A stretch of 64,000 nt of DNA from Candidatus Latescibacterota bacterium (GTDB taxonomy: Bacteria > Latescibacterota > UBA2968 > UBA8231), in assembly GCA_965204725.1 (NCBI GenBank), contig OZ242005.1, positions 3,584,001-3,648,000 on the forward strand. The letters are read 5' to 3'. This document shows positions 32,414 to 42,264 of the stretch, one piece after another. A program made the position numbers and the translations under genes. Position 1 is the first letter of the stretch, and the number at the start of each line of letters is the position of its first letter. The notes under the pieces were generated by a model. It had not been told where the DNA came from. It saw only the letters and a list, made by a program, of their open reading frames with translations, and did not search any database.

Positions 32414-33376
32414 TTAGGCGTTCTGCAGAACTTGTAGCTGCAGTTCGAGGTTGCGCAACCCGACTTCGCCGGATATAAGCGGCACTCGTGTGGGCTGTAC
32501 TGCCGCCTCAGCAAACCGGGCGATAAGCAGCGACATAAAATCATCGCCGATTAGCTCTGATTCACCGGTGCTGAGTACCGAGCAATAGGTCCCGTCGGGT
32601 GCCGACCGCCCCGTGCAATCAACTAAAAAGCCATTGACGCCGAATCGCCGCAGGGGTTGGCCTGCGTGTAGGTCGCGGACGATGATTTCGCAACGGCAAC
32701 TTCCGGTCGAGTCGGCAAAACTAAAACGGGCCTGCACTTCCCCACTCCCGGACGCCACTTCTAGCGACGCCGGCTCAATGACCCCGTCTGGCATCCAAGC
32801 CAAGAGCATGCTCAAAGGATGCGGGGCCATATCGGTCCACACCTCCTCAGCGCAGCGGCGACGCCCCCGGGCCAAGGTCTCCATTTCCGCGTAAAAGGAT
32901 TCTATGGTAGCGAGCGAACCCCGGGCCTTTTCGTATAACTGCCGGTAGTAGAACAGCGCGGCAGCGTATTGAGTACAAACGCCCAAGTGCAGATTGGTTT
33001 GCCTCGCCAAATCAACCAAGGCCCGCGCCTGCATCTGCGTCTGCTCGGCCCCATCCGAATGCCAGACTAAGGGCTTTTCACAGAGGACGTGACAACCCCG
33101 CTCGAGAGCGCATTTGACACAGTCGAAATGGGCTTCATTCGGCAAACAAACATCGACCACATCGGGCACTTCTTTGGTCAGTAGCTGGTCCAAGTCCCAA
33201 TAGCCTTGGCCCGAAAAGGGGAAAATATCGCGTAGAACGCGCTCTGTAGCCGCCACACTTTCCCGACTGCGGCCCAAAAAGCCAACGACTTGCGCTCCAA
33301 CCCGGTGGAACCACTTGGCGTGATGCTTGCCGATACCGCTGGCACCGGCGATGGCGACGCGCAGGTCCCTTTCCAT
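32414..33376 (-). CDS. Gfo/Idh/MocA family NAD(P)-dependent oxidoreductase
   Basis: VAIAGASGIG..H, DVVDVCLPNEAH, HVLCEKP, DMAPH; start ATG 33376 with SD GGAGG. Confidence 0.88.
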   Translation of the reverse strand: MERDLRVAIAGASGIGKHHAKWFHRVGAQVVGFLGRSRESVAATERVLRDIFPFSGQGYWDLDQLLTKEVPDVVDVCLPNEAHFDCVKCALERGCHVLCEKPLVWHSDGAEQTQMQARALVDLARQTNLHLGVCTQYAAALFYYRQLYEKARGSLATIESFYAEMETLARGRRRCAEEVWTDMAPHPLSMLLAWMPDGVIEPASLEVASGSGEVQARFSFADSTGSCRCEIIVRDLHAGQPLRRFGVNGFLVDCTGRSAPDGTYCSVLSTGESELIGDDFMSLLIARFAEAAVQPTRVPLISGEVGLRNLELQLQVLQNA

Positions 33377-33390
33377 TCTTCCTCCAATAC

Positions 33391-33419
33391 AAAAAAGCCG
33401 ACAACCCATCTGTCGGCTC
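33391..33419 (-). terminator. Intrinsic terminator after the small basic protein gene
   Basis: AGCCGACA-GATGGGT-TGTCGGCT followed by TTTTT on the minus strand. Confidence 0.75.
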
Positions 33420-33457
33420 TCCCAAGCAAGGCCGGTGGCCTCCTAGCTTTTAGCTAT

Positions 33458-33574
33458 TTACCTCTTCCGCGGCGCCTGCTTCGCCTCCTGAGCGCGCTGC
33501 TTCAAGCGTTTTTTGCGCCGCTGTCGCCGACTCCTCAATTCCTTATCCCTCATTCTGCCTTTACTCGACCCCAT
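33458..33574 (-). CDS. 38-aa highly basic small protein (DUF6800-like); below the ORF-track cutoff
   Basis: SD AGGAGG, 8 nt, ATG; MGSSKGRMRDKELRSRRQRRKKRLKQRAQEAKQAPRKR*; followed by a terminator. Confidence 0.7.
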   Translation of the reverse strand: MGSSKGRMRDKELRSRRQRRKKRLKQRAQEAKQAPRKR

Positions 33575-33636
33575 CTGTGTATCCTCCTAAGAATAAGAAG
33601 CAATTGGCGGCAATATATCGGGCGGCACCACTGAGG

Positions 33637-34560
33637 TCAAGCGAGGATCATCCGCAAAAGGGCCATGCGCACGTAAAGCCCGTTGTGAACTTGGCGAAAA
33701 TAGGCCGCCCGCGGATCTGCATCCACTGCCGGGTCAATCTCGTCAACGCGGGGCAGGGGGTGCATGACAACAGCGTGTTCCTGCATGCAGTCCATCACCG
33801 AGCGATCGACGATATACTTGCCCCGGGCCTGCTCGTATTCTCTAGTGCGGTCGCCGAAGCGTTCCTTTTGGATCCGCGTCTGATAGACGACATCGGCCTG
33901 CCTTGCCACCTCGTGTAAGTCATCTACCTCCTCGAAAGGGACCTGGTGCCGCTGCAAATACTCCTTTATGTCGTCCTTCATTTTCACTATCTCAGGCGCG
34001 ACGAAGTACATCTTAACACCCTCGTATTTAGCCAACAGGTAGCACAGCGAACGCACCGTCCGTCCATTGGCCAGATCGCCCACCAGAGCAATTGTAATTT
34101 TTTTGAGGCGTCCGATCTCACGTTGGATAGTAAACAGGTCCAACAGGGCTTGAGTCGGGTGCTGTCCGGCTCCATCGCCGGCATTGATCACCGGGATGCC
34201 GGCGACAGCAGCCGCTCGGTTGCTAGCTCCGCTTTCGTAGTGGCGCAACACGATCACGTCCGAGTACCCAGCGACGACGCGAATGGTGTCCTCAAGGGTC
34301 TCCCCCTTGGCCGCCGAAGAGAATTCCTGTGCGCTCTCGGTTGTAATGACGGCCCCGCCCAATCGCGTCATCGCCGATTCAAAGGACAGCCGCGTCCGCG
34401 TACTAGGCTCGTAGAACAGCGTAGCCATGACCCGGCGATTGAGAATATTGGAGCCGTAGTGCTGAACGACTTGCTCCATCTCTTGGGCCGTGGCGAAAAT
34501 GGCGTCGAGCAAGTCGCGATCGAATTGCTGCGCTTCGAGGACGTGATAGAGGCGAGCCAT
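33637..34560 (-). CDS. pyrB: Aspartate carbamoyltransferase catalytic subunit
   Basis: FYEPSTRTRLSF, KGETLEDT, INAGDGAGQHPTQALLD, GDLANGRTVRSL, YQTRIQKERF, MHPLPR. Confidence 0.96.
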   Translation of the reverse strand: MARLYHVLEAQQFDRDLLDAIFATAQEMEQVVQHYGSNILNRRVMATLFYEPSTRTRLSFESAMTRLGGAVITTESAQEFSSAAKGETLEDTIRVVAGYSDVIVLRHYESGASNRAAAVAGIPVINAGDGAGQHPTQALLDLFTIQREIGRLKKITIALVGDLANGRTVRSLCYLLAKYEGVKMYFVAPEIVKMKDDIKEYLQRHQVPFEEVDDLHEVARQADVVYQTRIQKERFGDRTREYEQARGKYIVDRSVMDCMQEHAVVMHPLPRVDEIDPAVDADPRAAYFRQVHNGLYVRMALLRMILA

Positions 34561-34570
34561 CAGGTCCCCC

Positions 34571-35008
34571 TCAACGGCCTTCCCGCTCCCCCAATACCGC
34601 CATAATCTCCGCCTCGGCCGCCACTTCCTCGCCGACCAGTGCTCGCCCTTGCAACTTACAAGATCCGCCCCGCTGCCTGAGCACCTTTAGCTCCAGTCGC
34701 AACTGGTCCCCCGGCACTACCGGGCGGCGAAACTTGCAGCGATCTATTCCAGCGAAAAAAGGCACCTTGGATTCAGGATGCTCCACGCCGCTCAGCATCA
34801 TGGCGCAACCCGCTTGCGCCAATGCCTCGACGATCAGCACGCCGGGCATGACCGGATACCCGGGAAAATGTCCTTGGAAAAACGATTCGTTGGCCGTCAC
34901 GTTCTTCAAGGCCACGATGCGTTCCCCCGGCACCAATTCGAGGACGCGGTCGATGAGCAGCAGCGGATAGCGGTGCGGCAACAGCTTGAGAATCTCCGTT
35001 AAATTCAC
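34571..35008 (-). CDS. fabZ: 3-hydroxyacyl-ACP dehydratase (stand-alone)
   Basis: LPHRYPLLLIDRV, KNVTANESFFQGHFPGYPVMPGVLIVEALAQ, KFRRPVVPGDQL; GTGA overlap with skp. Confidence 0.95.
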   Translation of the reverse strand: MNLTEILKLLPHRYPLLLIDRVLELVPGERIVALKNVTANESFFQGHFPGYPVMPGVLIVEALAQAGCAMMLSGVEHPESKVPFFAGIDRCKFRRPVVPGDQLRLELKVLRQRGGSCKLQGRALVGEEVAAEAEIMAVLGEREGR

Positions 35009-35538
35009 TCCTGCTCTTCCTTTTCCTTTTCCATCAGTTCCAGTAACTGGTCGGTTAGATCGTACTGCTCTTTAGCAAAGACCAAACCGCTTGAAGGCGA
35101 CGCGGCGTCGAAAATGAAGTCGTAGTCCTCTTCCTCGGCCATGCCCTGAATGGCATCGTTGATCCTTTTGAAGATCGGCTCGGAAAGCTCGATATTCTTG
35201 CGCATCAACTCGCCTTCGGGGCCAAATTTCTCTTGGGTAAACTGCTGCAACTGCTGAACTTTCGCCTCGAATTCGGCCTGCATTTCCGCCTTGCGGGCCT
35301 CGCTCATCAGCAACTCCTGCCGCCGAAAGTCCTCCTGAAACTTGAGCAACTTGGCCTCGCGGTCCTTGGCTTGGTTCTCGTAGTCCTGACTTAGCTGCTC
35401 CAACGTGCGCTGCACATCCCGAAATTCGGGCAGGCGCTCTTTGAGCACTTCTGAATCGATATAGCCTATTTTTAGCTGAGCCGAGGCACTCGTGGCGCAA
35501 CAAGCCACGACGAGGGCGAACAATAGGGCGCGTCTCAT
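35005..35538 (-). CDS. skp: OmpH/Skp periplasmic chaperone
   Basis: Signal peptide, LKIGYIDS, coiled coil, YDFIFD..LVFAKEQYDLT; follows bamA. Confidence 0.9.
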   Translation of the reverse strand: MRRALLFALVVACCATSASAQLKIGYIDSEVLKERLPEFRDVQRTLEQLSQDYENQAKDREAKLLKFQEDFRRQELLMSEARKAEMQAEFEAKVQQLQQFTQEKFGPEGELMRKNIELSEPIFKRINDAIQGMAEEEDYDFIFDAASPSSGLVFAKEQYDLTDQLLELMEKEKEEQE

Positions 35539-35646
35539 AGATACTCCTCTTTATGGACGAAAATCAATTGGATTGAGTCTGTATAACTCGCTGTTTTCTT
35601 TCATTATATAAGATACGACTTGGCATAAATTTGTGAAACATTGGAC

Positions 35647-35684
35647 ATAAGAAGGCCCAAGATGCCGGATGACACCTTGGGCTC
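35647..35684 (-). terminator. Hairpin (possible terminator or processing site) between bamA and skp
   Basis: GCCCAAGGTG-loop-CATCTTGGGC then CTTCTTATGT; a TATAAT hexamer lies further on at 35603-35608. Confidence 0.4.
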
Positions 35685-35709
35685 CGTCTTTTGCCCCTGC
35701 AATCGGGCA

Positions 35710-38094
35710 CTAGTAAAACTGCGGTCCAAACTGGAAGTGCGTCTTCCAGCCGGCCGGTGCGCCATCGACCCTCTTGCGGTCAAAACCATAGCCGAAGTCG
35801 AAGCCGATCATCCCCAGCATCGGCGTCTGGACGCGAAAACCAAAGCCCAGCGAACGCCGGAGGTCTAGGGGATTGAGATCGGGAATCGTCCTCCACGCGT
35901 TGCCCGCATCGGCGAAGAGGATGCCGTACACTTGCTGCTCGGCTATCGGAAAGCGGTACTCTAGGTTCAACACCATCATCGAGCGACCGCCGAGGGAAAT
36001 CCCGTCGGCCCTCTTCGGACCCAAGGAGTAATCTGGATAACCCCGGACCTGTCCGTCCCAGTAATCAATGCCGCCCGGCGTAAACAGGTCATAGTGCGAA
36101 ATGTGGTTGTCGTCCCAGTCGGAAAAACCATCTATAACCGCGACTTTGGTCTCCAAACTCCAGACGAACTTCCACCAACTCGGCCGATAGTAATTGAATT
36201 TCACTTCGTGGTTGTGGTAGTCCACATCGCCGGCCACAATCGAGGTGGCGATCGATGGCGTGTAGCTAAAAACCGTCCCCTTGGTCGGGAACTCGGCCCG
36301 GTCGCGCGTATCGCGCGTATAGATCAACTCAAAGCGGCTCGTAAGCCGATCGTCAAAGCGGGGATCTCGTGTAGCGTTGGTTGCAAAGTCGGAATAGCCT
36401 TGGCTATGAAGGCGATAGCCGAGCGAAAGGCTGGAATTGGCCGGCTTCTTCAAGCGCCGACCGACCCGCACATTGATCGACTTGCTGTTGGATTTCCACA
36501 GGATCGAATTGCGATGGGCCTGCCGGTAGTCGTAGTACTGGAGGTTTCGCGTATAAGCGCGGGCCGACAAACTAGTCGGGGTGTCAAAAAGCCAAGGCTC
36601 GGTAAAACCAACTAGGAACTGATCGCGCCGAGTGCCGAACTCCCAGTTAAAGTCTAGACTCTGGCCCATTCCGCGGAAATTGGGAATCTGCAAGCCAATT
36701 TGGCCCACCATCTTGTCGCGGTCTGAATATCCCGCCCCCACAGACGCGGATCCCGTGGGCCGCTCATCGACGTTAAAGACCATATCCACCAGCCGCTCTC
36801 CCTCGCCCGAGCTATATTGAGGCTGGATTTGCACATCTTTGAAGAAGTTTAACAGGGCTATGCGCCGCTGACTTTCTTGGACGAGATTCTGTTGATAAAT
36901 ATCGCCCGGACGCAATTCGATCTCGCGCCGAATCACCTTCTCCCGCGTCTTGGTATTGCCGGCAATCTCGACCCTGCGAATCGTCCACGGTTGGCCTTCA
37001 AACACCTGAAACGACACGTCAATCGAGTCGTTGCGAATCGCCTCCTGCGGCACCACGCGCGTGTCCAAGTAGCCCTTCTCGTAATAGACAAAGCGCGCCA
37101 AGTCGGCTAGCTCGGGTCCCGAGCGCCCATATACCATCCCCTCTTGCAGGTCCAGCTTCTCGACTAACTCGTCGCCGCCAAAGAGCGCGTTGCCCTCCCA
37201 AGCGACTTGGCCCAACCGGTACTGGAGCCCTTCGTCAATTTCCACGTCGATGAACAAGTGCCGCCGCGTCGAGTCGTAATAGACGCTGTCGCGCACGATG
37301 GCGGCCTGCTGAAACCCCAAACTGCGATAGTATGCCAGTAGCTTCTGCTTGTCCTCCTCGTACGTATCGCCGCTGAACTCGCCCTTGCGCCACCAGCGCT
37401 TCTCTTTGGTCTCCATCAACGACACCAAGCGGCGCGGCTCTGGGCCTTGGCTGTCCCACTTTTGTGGACGCCGGGGGCTGCGGGCTGGTAGCTGTTGGCT
37501 GTCGATCACCGTGCCGTCGGCGTGGTGCTGGATCAAGCGGATCTGCTTGATCTGCACCTTGGACCCCTCGTTGATGTCGTATTGGAGGAATACCTCGCCC
37601 TCTTCCGCGCCGGCAAAGGTCTGGCCTTTGACTTCGGCGCGCAGATAGCCCTTCTCGCGGTACAGGTCAAGGATTTTCTGCTCGCCCCGCACCACATCCC
37701 GCGGCGCGATCACCTGACCGGTGATCAAACTCAGCGCTTCCTTGAAATCCTTCTCTTTGAGGTTTTTATGACCCTTGAACTGCAAGCCCTCTAAGGCCGG
37801 GTATTCTTCAACCATGATGATCAGGTTGATGCCTTCGGGGCCGGGATCGCCCCAGATCTGAATATCCTCAAAGACGTTGAGCCCTTGGAGATCGCGCACC
37901 GCCTGCTGCACGTTCTCTTGCGACAACTCAACTCCAGGCTCTAAGCCCACCGTGGTCAGGATCAGCGACTTGGCCACCTTGCGCAGCTCGCCCTGCACCT
38001 CGACCGAGACCACCTGCTGGGCCTCGGCGGTACTCCCCATCAGCCCCACAGAGACGACGGCAAAAAGTATGGTGCGGACCCTGTTCATTATCAT
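35710..38094 (-). CDS. bamA: Outer membrane protein assembly factor BamA
   Basis: Signal peptide, POTRA repeats (YREKGY, GNTKTREKVIRRE), NFRGMGQ, FTEPWLFD, VRGY motif, PMLGMIGFDFGYGFD, terminal HFQFGPQFY. Confidence 0.95.
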   Translation of the reverse strand: MIMNRVRTILFAVVSVGLMGSTAEAQQVVSVEVQGELRKVAKSLILTTVGLEPGVELSQENVQQAVRDLQGLNVFEDIQIWGDPGPEGINLIIMVEEYPALEGLQFKGHKNLKEKDFKEALSLITGQVIAPRDVVRGEQKILDLYREKGYLRAEVKGQTFAGAEEGEVFLQYDINEGSKVQIKQIRLIQHHADGTVIDSQQLPARSPRRPQKWDSQGPEPRRLVSLMETKEKRWWRKGEFSGDTYEEDKQKLLAYYRSLGFQQAAIVRDSVYYDSTRRHLFIDVEIDEGLQYRLGQVAWEGNALFGGDELVEKLDLQEGMVYGRSGPELADLARFVYYEKGYLDTRVVPQEAIRNDSIDVSFQVFEGQPWTIRRVEIAGNTKTREKVIRREIELRPGDIYQQNLVQESQRRIALLNFFKDVQIQPQYSSGEGERLVDMVFNVDERPTGSASVGAGYSDRDKMVGQIGLQIPNFRGMGQSLDFNWEFGTRRDQFLVGFTEPWLFDTPTSLSARAYTRNLQYYDYRQAHRNSILWKSNSKSINVRVGRRLKKPANSSLSLGYRLHSQGYSDFATNATRDPRFDDRLTSRFELIYTRDTRDRAEFPTKGTVFSYTPSIATSIVAGDVDYHNHEVKFNYYRPSWWKFVWSLETKVAVIDGFSDWDDNHISHYDLFTPGGIDYWDGQVRGYPDYSLGPKRADGISLGGRSMMVLNLEYRFPIAEQQVYGILFADAGNAWRTIPDLNPLDLRRSLGFGFRVQTPMLGMIGFDFGYGFDRKRVDGAPAGWKTHFQFGPQFY

Positions 38095-38095
38095 A

Positions 38096-40558
38096 TTAGC
38101 TCGTGGTTGCGCGCTTCTTCTTGACCGCTCCACCTACTCGACGCTCCTCGTCGAACACTAGTTCCTCGCCTTTTTTGGTGACGCGAATGTGACTGCCCTC
38201 GCCAAAGCGGCCTTGGAGAATCTCCTCGGCCAGCGGGTCTTCGAGCATCTTTTGGATGGTCCGCTCCAAATAGCGCGCGCCATAGGCCTGATCAAAGCCC
38301 TTGTCGGCGAGTAGCGTTTTGGCTCCGGGCGTAACTCGCACATGGATGTCTTGCGGAGCCAAGCGCGCTTTGAATTCCTCCAAGCGAATATCTATGATGG
38401 CGGCGATGTGCTCTTTGTCGAGCGCGTGGAAAATGATGGTGTCGTCAACGCGATTGAGGAATTCGGGATTGAAGGTCTTTTTTAAGGCGTCGTTGATCTT
38501 GCCTTCCATCAGCGCGTACCGCGAGTCGGAATCGGACTTTTGAAAGCCCAATACACCGCCCGTGCCCACATCCCGGCTCCCGGCGTTGGAGGTCATAATC
38601 AGCACGGTGTTGCAGAAATCCACTTTGCGGCCCGTGCTATCGGTGAGGCGTCCCTCGTCGAAAATCTGCAACAGGATGTTGAAGACATCGGGATGGGCTT
38701 TCTCGACCTCGTCTAGCAGCACCACTGAATAGGGACGGCGGCGAACTCGCTCGGTGAGCTGGCCCCCTTCGTCAAAACCCACGTAGCCCGGAGGGGCGCC
38801 AATTAGGCGCGACACTGCGAATTTCTCCATGTACTCAGACATATCAACCGCAATCAACGCATCGGCATCGTCAAAGAGAAATTCGGCTAGCCGCTTAGCC
38901 AACTCGGTCTTGCCCACACCCGTCGGGCCGAGAAAGATAAACGAGCCAATGGGCCGCTTGGGATCCTGTAGGCCCGCCCGACTGCGGCGGATGGCCCGCG
39001 CAACCGCAGTGACCGCCTGCTGCTGACCGACAATGTTCTTGGTGAGCGCCTCTTCCATGGCCAGCAGACGCTCGGTCTCGGTCTTGGCCAGCCGCGAGAT
39101 GGGGATGCCGGTCATACTCGCGATGACCTCAGCAATATCGTCCGTCGTCACCTCGACTACTTCGTCGCGGACCGATTCCTCCCACACTTGGCGTTTGGTT
39201 TGTAGCTGCTCATTCAATTGGAGCGCCTTGTCGCGCAACACGGCGGCGTCCTCGAAATCTTGGCGCTCGGACGCTTCGTTTTTTTGGCGGTTTATCTCCT
39301 GTATCTCGGCTTCGATCCGGCCAATTTCTTCCGGCGGGCTGAGCCGAGCGAGATGGACGCGCGATCCCGTCTCGTCAATCACATCAATGGCTTTGTCGGG
39401 TAAGTAGCGGTCGCTTATATAGCGGTCGGCTTGGCGCACGGCATAGGCAACGACGCCGTCGGCAAACTCCACGTGATGGTGGTTCTCGTAGCTGGAGCGC
39501 AACCCCTTGACGATCTCAATGGTGTCCTCAACCGAGGGCGGATCAACCATGATGCTCTGAAAACGCCGTTCAAGAGCACCGTCCTTTTCGATGTGCTTGC
39601 GGTACTCGTCGAGGGTGGTCGCCCCAATGCACTGCAATTCGCCACGGGCCAAGGCCGGCTTGAACATATTGGAAGCGTCCAACGTGCCCTCGGCGCTGCC
39701 AGCACCAACAATCGTGTGCAGCTCGTCAATGAAAATGATGACTTCGGAGTTTTGCTGGAGCTCGTTCATCACCGCCTTAATGCGCTCTTCAAACTGGCCC
39801 CGGTATTTGGTGCCGGCTACCACGCCGCCCATGTCGAGGGTGACCAAGCGCTTGTCGAGGAGGATCTGCGGCACGCGCTTTTCAATGATGCGCTGGGCCA
39901 GCCCTTCGACAATGGCCGTCTTGCCGACGCCCGGGTCGCCGATGAGAATGGGATTGTTCTTCTTGCGGCGGCTCAGCACTTGCGTGACGCGCTCAATCTC
40001 CTTTTGGCGGCCAATCACCGGATCTAGCTTGGCCTCGCGCGCCAACTGGGTCAGGTCGCGGCCAAAGTGATCGAGGAAAGGCGTCTTGCTCTTCTTGCCC
40101 TTTTCTTTGCGCCCGGTGGTCTTGCCTTCGAGCACGGCCAAGGTCTCTTCCATGGCCGTTTTGTAATCGACGCCAAAGGCGGCCAGAATCTGCGCGGCAA
40201 CCCCCTCCTTGTCCTTGAGTAGGGCCAAGAGCAGGTGTTCGACGTCGATGAACTGGGTCTTCATCTCCTTGGCCTCGTTGGCCGCTACCTCGAGGATCTG
40301 TTTGGCACGAGGAGTATAGGGCACCTCGCCAATGGTCATGGTGCCGCCCGTGGTCGTCACGTAGTCCTCAACCGACTGCTTGACCGTCTCCAAGCTCAAC
40401 CCCAAGTTCGTCAGCACGGCCACGGCCTTGCCCTTGCCGTCCTTGATAATGCCCAACAGCAGATGCTCAGTGCCAATGTAGTTGTGACCTAAGCGCGCCG
40501 ACTCCTCACGCGCTAGCTTCATTACCTGTTTTACATTCTCGGTGAACATGTTGTTCAT
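38096..40558 (-). CDS. clpC: ATP-dependent Clp protease ATP-binding subunit ClpC
   Basis: Double Clp-N domain, GDPGVGKT and GPTGVGKT Walker A motifs, UVR-type middle domain ([11 protein letters not shown]), [11 protein letters not shown] ClpP-docking loop. Confidence 0.95.
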   Translation of the reverse strand: MNNMFTENVKQVMKLAREESARLGHNYIGTEHLLLGIIKDGKGKAVAVLTNLGLSLETVKQSVEDYVTTTGGTMTIGEVPYTPRAKQILEVAANEAKEMKTQFIDVEHLLLALLKDKEGVAAQILAAFGVDYKTAMEETLAVLEGKTTGRKEKGKKSKTPFLDHFGRDLTQLAREAKLDPVIGRQKEIERVTQVLSRRKKNNPILIGDPGVGKTAIVEGLAQRIIEKRVPQILLDKRLVTLDMGGVVAGTKYRGQFEERIKAVMNELQQNSEVIIFIDELHTIVGAGSAEGTLDASNMFKPALARGELQCIGATTLDEYRKHIEKDGALERRFQSIMVDPPSVEDTIEIVKGLRSSYENHHHVEFADGVVAYAVRQADRYISDRYLPDKAIDVIDETGSRVHLARLSPPEEIGRIEAEIQEINRQKNEASERQDFEDAAVLRDKALQLNEQLQTKRQVWEESVRDEVVEVTTDDIAEVIASMTGIPISRLAKTETERLLAMEEALTKNIVGQQQAVTAVARAIRRSRAGLQDPKRPIGSFIFLGPTGVGKTELAKRLAEFLFDDADALIAVDMSEYMEKFAVSRLIGAPPGYVGFDEGGQLTERVRRRPYSVVLLDEVEKAHPDVFNILLQIFDEGRLTDSTGRKVDFCNTVLIMTSNAGSRDVGTGGVLGFQKSDSDSRYALMEGKINDALKKTFNPEFLNRVDDTIIFHALDKEHIAAIIDIRLEEFKARLAPQDIHVRVTPGAKTLLADKGFDQAYGARYLERTIQKMLEDPLAEEILQGRFGEGSHIRVTKKGEELVFDEERRVGGAVKKKRATTS

Positions 40559-40659
40559 CTAGGGGTCCTCCACAATCCGCCTATGTATGTAAGGAAGTTT
40601 GATTCTCGACAATTCGAAGAGCGTGAATTGAATATCGAGCACTATGAAATTCGGTTTTG

Positions 40660-40688
40660 AACGTACCAAACGAGCAGATGGTTGTCAA
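40660..40688 (-). promoter_or_regulatory. Putative internal sigma70 promoter for clpC-bamA
   Basis: TTGACA (40683-40688, overlapping the mcsB stop), 17 nt, TACGTT (40660-40665), in a 126-bp AT-richer gap. Confidence 0.5.
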
Positions 40689-41749
40689 GGTGAACTCCCC
40701 TGCTCGGCCCAGCACCGCCTCACTCGTTCGGCGCGGCGCACATCGCGGTCGGCTGGCGAGAGCGTCGTGCGGGATTCGGCCTGCAAATGCGAGGGCTGGG
40801 TAATGATCATTAACTGGTTGATAAAGCCCAGCGGCAGGCCATCGATCAGCCCCAAACTACACCCTAAACGCACCGCCGAGAGCAAATCCATAAACTCCTT
40901 GCCACTCAATACCCGCGCATGGCGCAAGATCCCATAGGCTCGCCAAACCTTGTCCTCCACTTGCGCCGAGGCGTCGGCCAGCAGGGCGGCCTGCGCCTCC
41001 CTTTCGTGGCCTATAATCTGTTGGGTCACGGCCGAGAGCTTCTCGACGATCTCCCCTTCAGGTACGCCCATGGTGACTTGGTTGGATATCTGAAATAGGT
41101 TGCCGACCGCATTGGTGCCTTCTCCGTAGAAACCGCGCACCGCAAAAGTCATTCGGGTCAAACCGCGCATCACCCGCTCCATATCCTCGGTCAGGACTAA
41201 GGCCGGCAGGTGGATGAGCACCGATAGGCGCAAGCCCGTCCCCGTATTGGTGGGGCAGGCCGTCAAAAAGCCCCAGCGCTCGGATTGCGCCCACTCCAAT
41301 TCGCTCCTCAGCGCGTCGTCAAGCGCGTCAACCCGCTGCCACGCCGCGTGCGTTTGCAAACCCGGCAAGATGGCCTGCAAGCGGAGGTGATCCTCCTCGT
41401 TGATCATCACGCTGAGCGATTCATCCGCATTAAAGAGCACGCCGCGCTGGCCCTTGCTTTTGGCCAGCGCCGGACTAATCAGGTGGCGCTCCACCAGCAA
41501 CTGGCGTTGGTTGGCCTGCAGGGCGTTCATTTGGAAAAAGGCCGCATCGCACATAGAGCGACACTTTTGCGACGCACTCAGGACCTGTGCAATGATTTTC
41601 TCTTGATCCTCAAGCGTGGTCTTCGGTGCGAAGGGCCACGCTGCGAGATTGCGCGCTAGGCGGGCGCGACAGCTAACGACCATGCCGTCGGCACTCCCTT
41701 CGCCGCTGAGCCAGCTAGCCGCATTGTACACGAGATCCTCGATATTCAC
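40685..41749 (-). CDS. mcsB: Protein arginine kinase McsB
   Basis: VVSCRARLARN, LVERHLISP, MINEEDHLR, GFLTACPTNTGTGLR, VRGFYGEGT, FQISNQVT, QPSHLQ, RDVRRA. Confidence 0.95.
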   Translation of the reverse strand: MNIEDLVYNAASWLSGEGSADGMVVSCRARLARNLAAWPFAPKTTLEDQEKIIAQVLSASQKCRSMCDAAFFQMNALQANQRQLLVERHLISPALAKSKGQRGVLFNADESLSVMINEEDHLRLQAILPGLQTHAAWQRVDALDDALRSELEWAQSERWGFLTACPTNTGTGLRLSVLIHLPALVLTEDMERVMRGLTRMTFAVRGFYGEGTNAVGNLFQISNQVTMGVPEGEIVEKLSAVTQQIIGHEREAQAALLADASAQVEDKVWRAYGILRHARVLSGKEFMDLLSAVRLGCSLGLIDGLPLGFINQLMIITQPSHLQAESRTTLSPADRDVRRAERVRRCWAEQGSSP

Positions 41750-41751
41750 GG

Positions 41752-42264
41752 CTATTTTCCCTCGAGGACGCGGATGCGGTCCCTGAGTTGAGCGGCCTTT
41801 TCAAAGGCCTCCTCCGCCACGGCTTGGGCCAACTCTTCGCGCAATCCCTCCAGATCGTCGGTCGCCTCGACACGTTGGGCCGCTTCCATCGGCCCCTTGC
41901 CCCGGTGCTCGTCGTCGCCGTGGATGCGCTTGAGCAGGCGTTCTAGCTGGGGGGCGAAGGCATCGTAGCAATCCGGGCAACCGAGACGACCAATTTTCTT
42001 GAACTCCTCGTAGGCCATCTCGCAGGTTGGACAGCGCACACCCCCGTCGCCTTCGGCCCCGGCCAACTTGGCCAATTCTATCTTGACTTCCTTTACCAGC
42101 ACGGGCACTTCTTTGACCGAGACCGCCGGGCCTACCCGCACCTTGATGTTTTTTTTGCTGGCGCACTCACCGCAGAGAAAGAGCGTCTGTTTTGCGTCCT
42201 CGACGATATGCGTATAAGCCACCACGGCTTCGCGCTTGGCGCACACTCCGCATTTCATGTTCAT
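41752..42264 (-). CDS. mcsA: McsA (CXXC motifs plus UVR domain), McsB activator
   Basis: CGVC, LCGECA, CPTC, GRLGCPDCYDAF, RIHG..H.GK.P, AVAEEAFEKAAQLRDRI; ATG 42264 overlaps the lolD stop. Confidence 0.93.
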   Translation of the reverse strand: MNMKCGVCAKREAVVAYTHIVEDAKQTLFLCGECASKKNIKVRVGPAVSVKEVPVLVKEVKIELAKLAGAEGDGGVRCPTCEMAYEEFKKIGRLGCPDCYDAFAPQLERLLKRIHGDDEHRGKGPMEAAQRVEATDDLEGLREELAQAVAEEAFEKAAQLRDRIRVLEGK

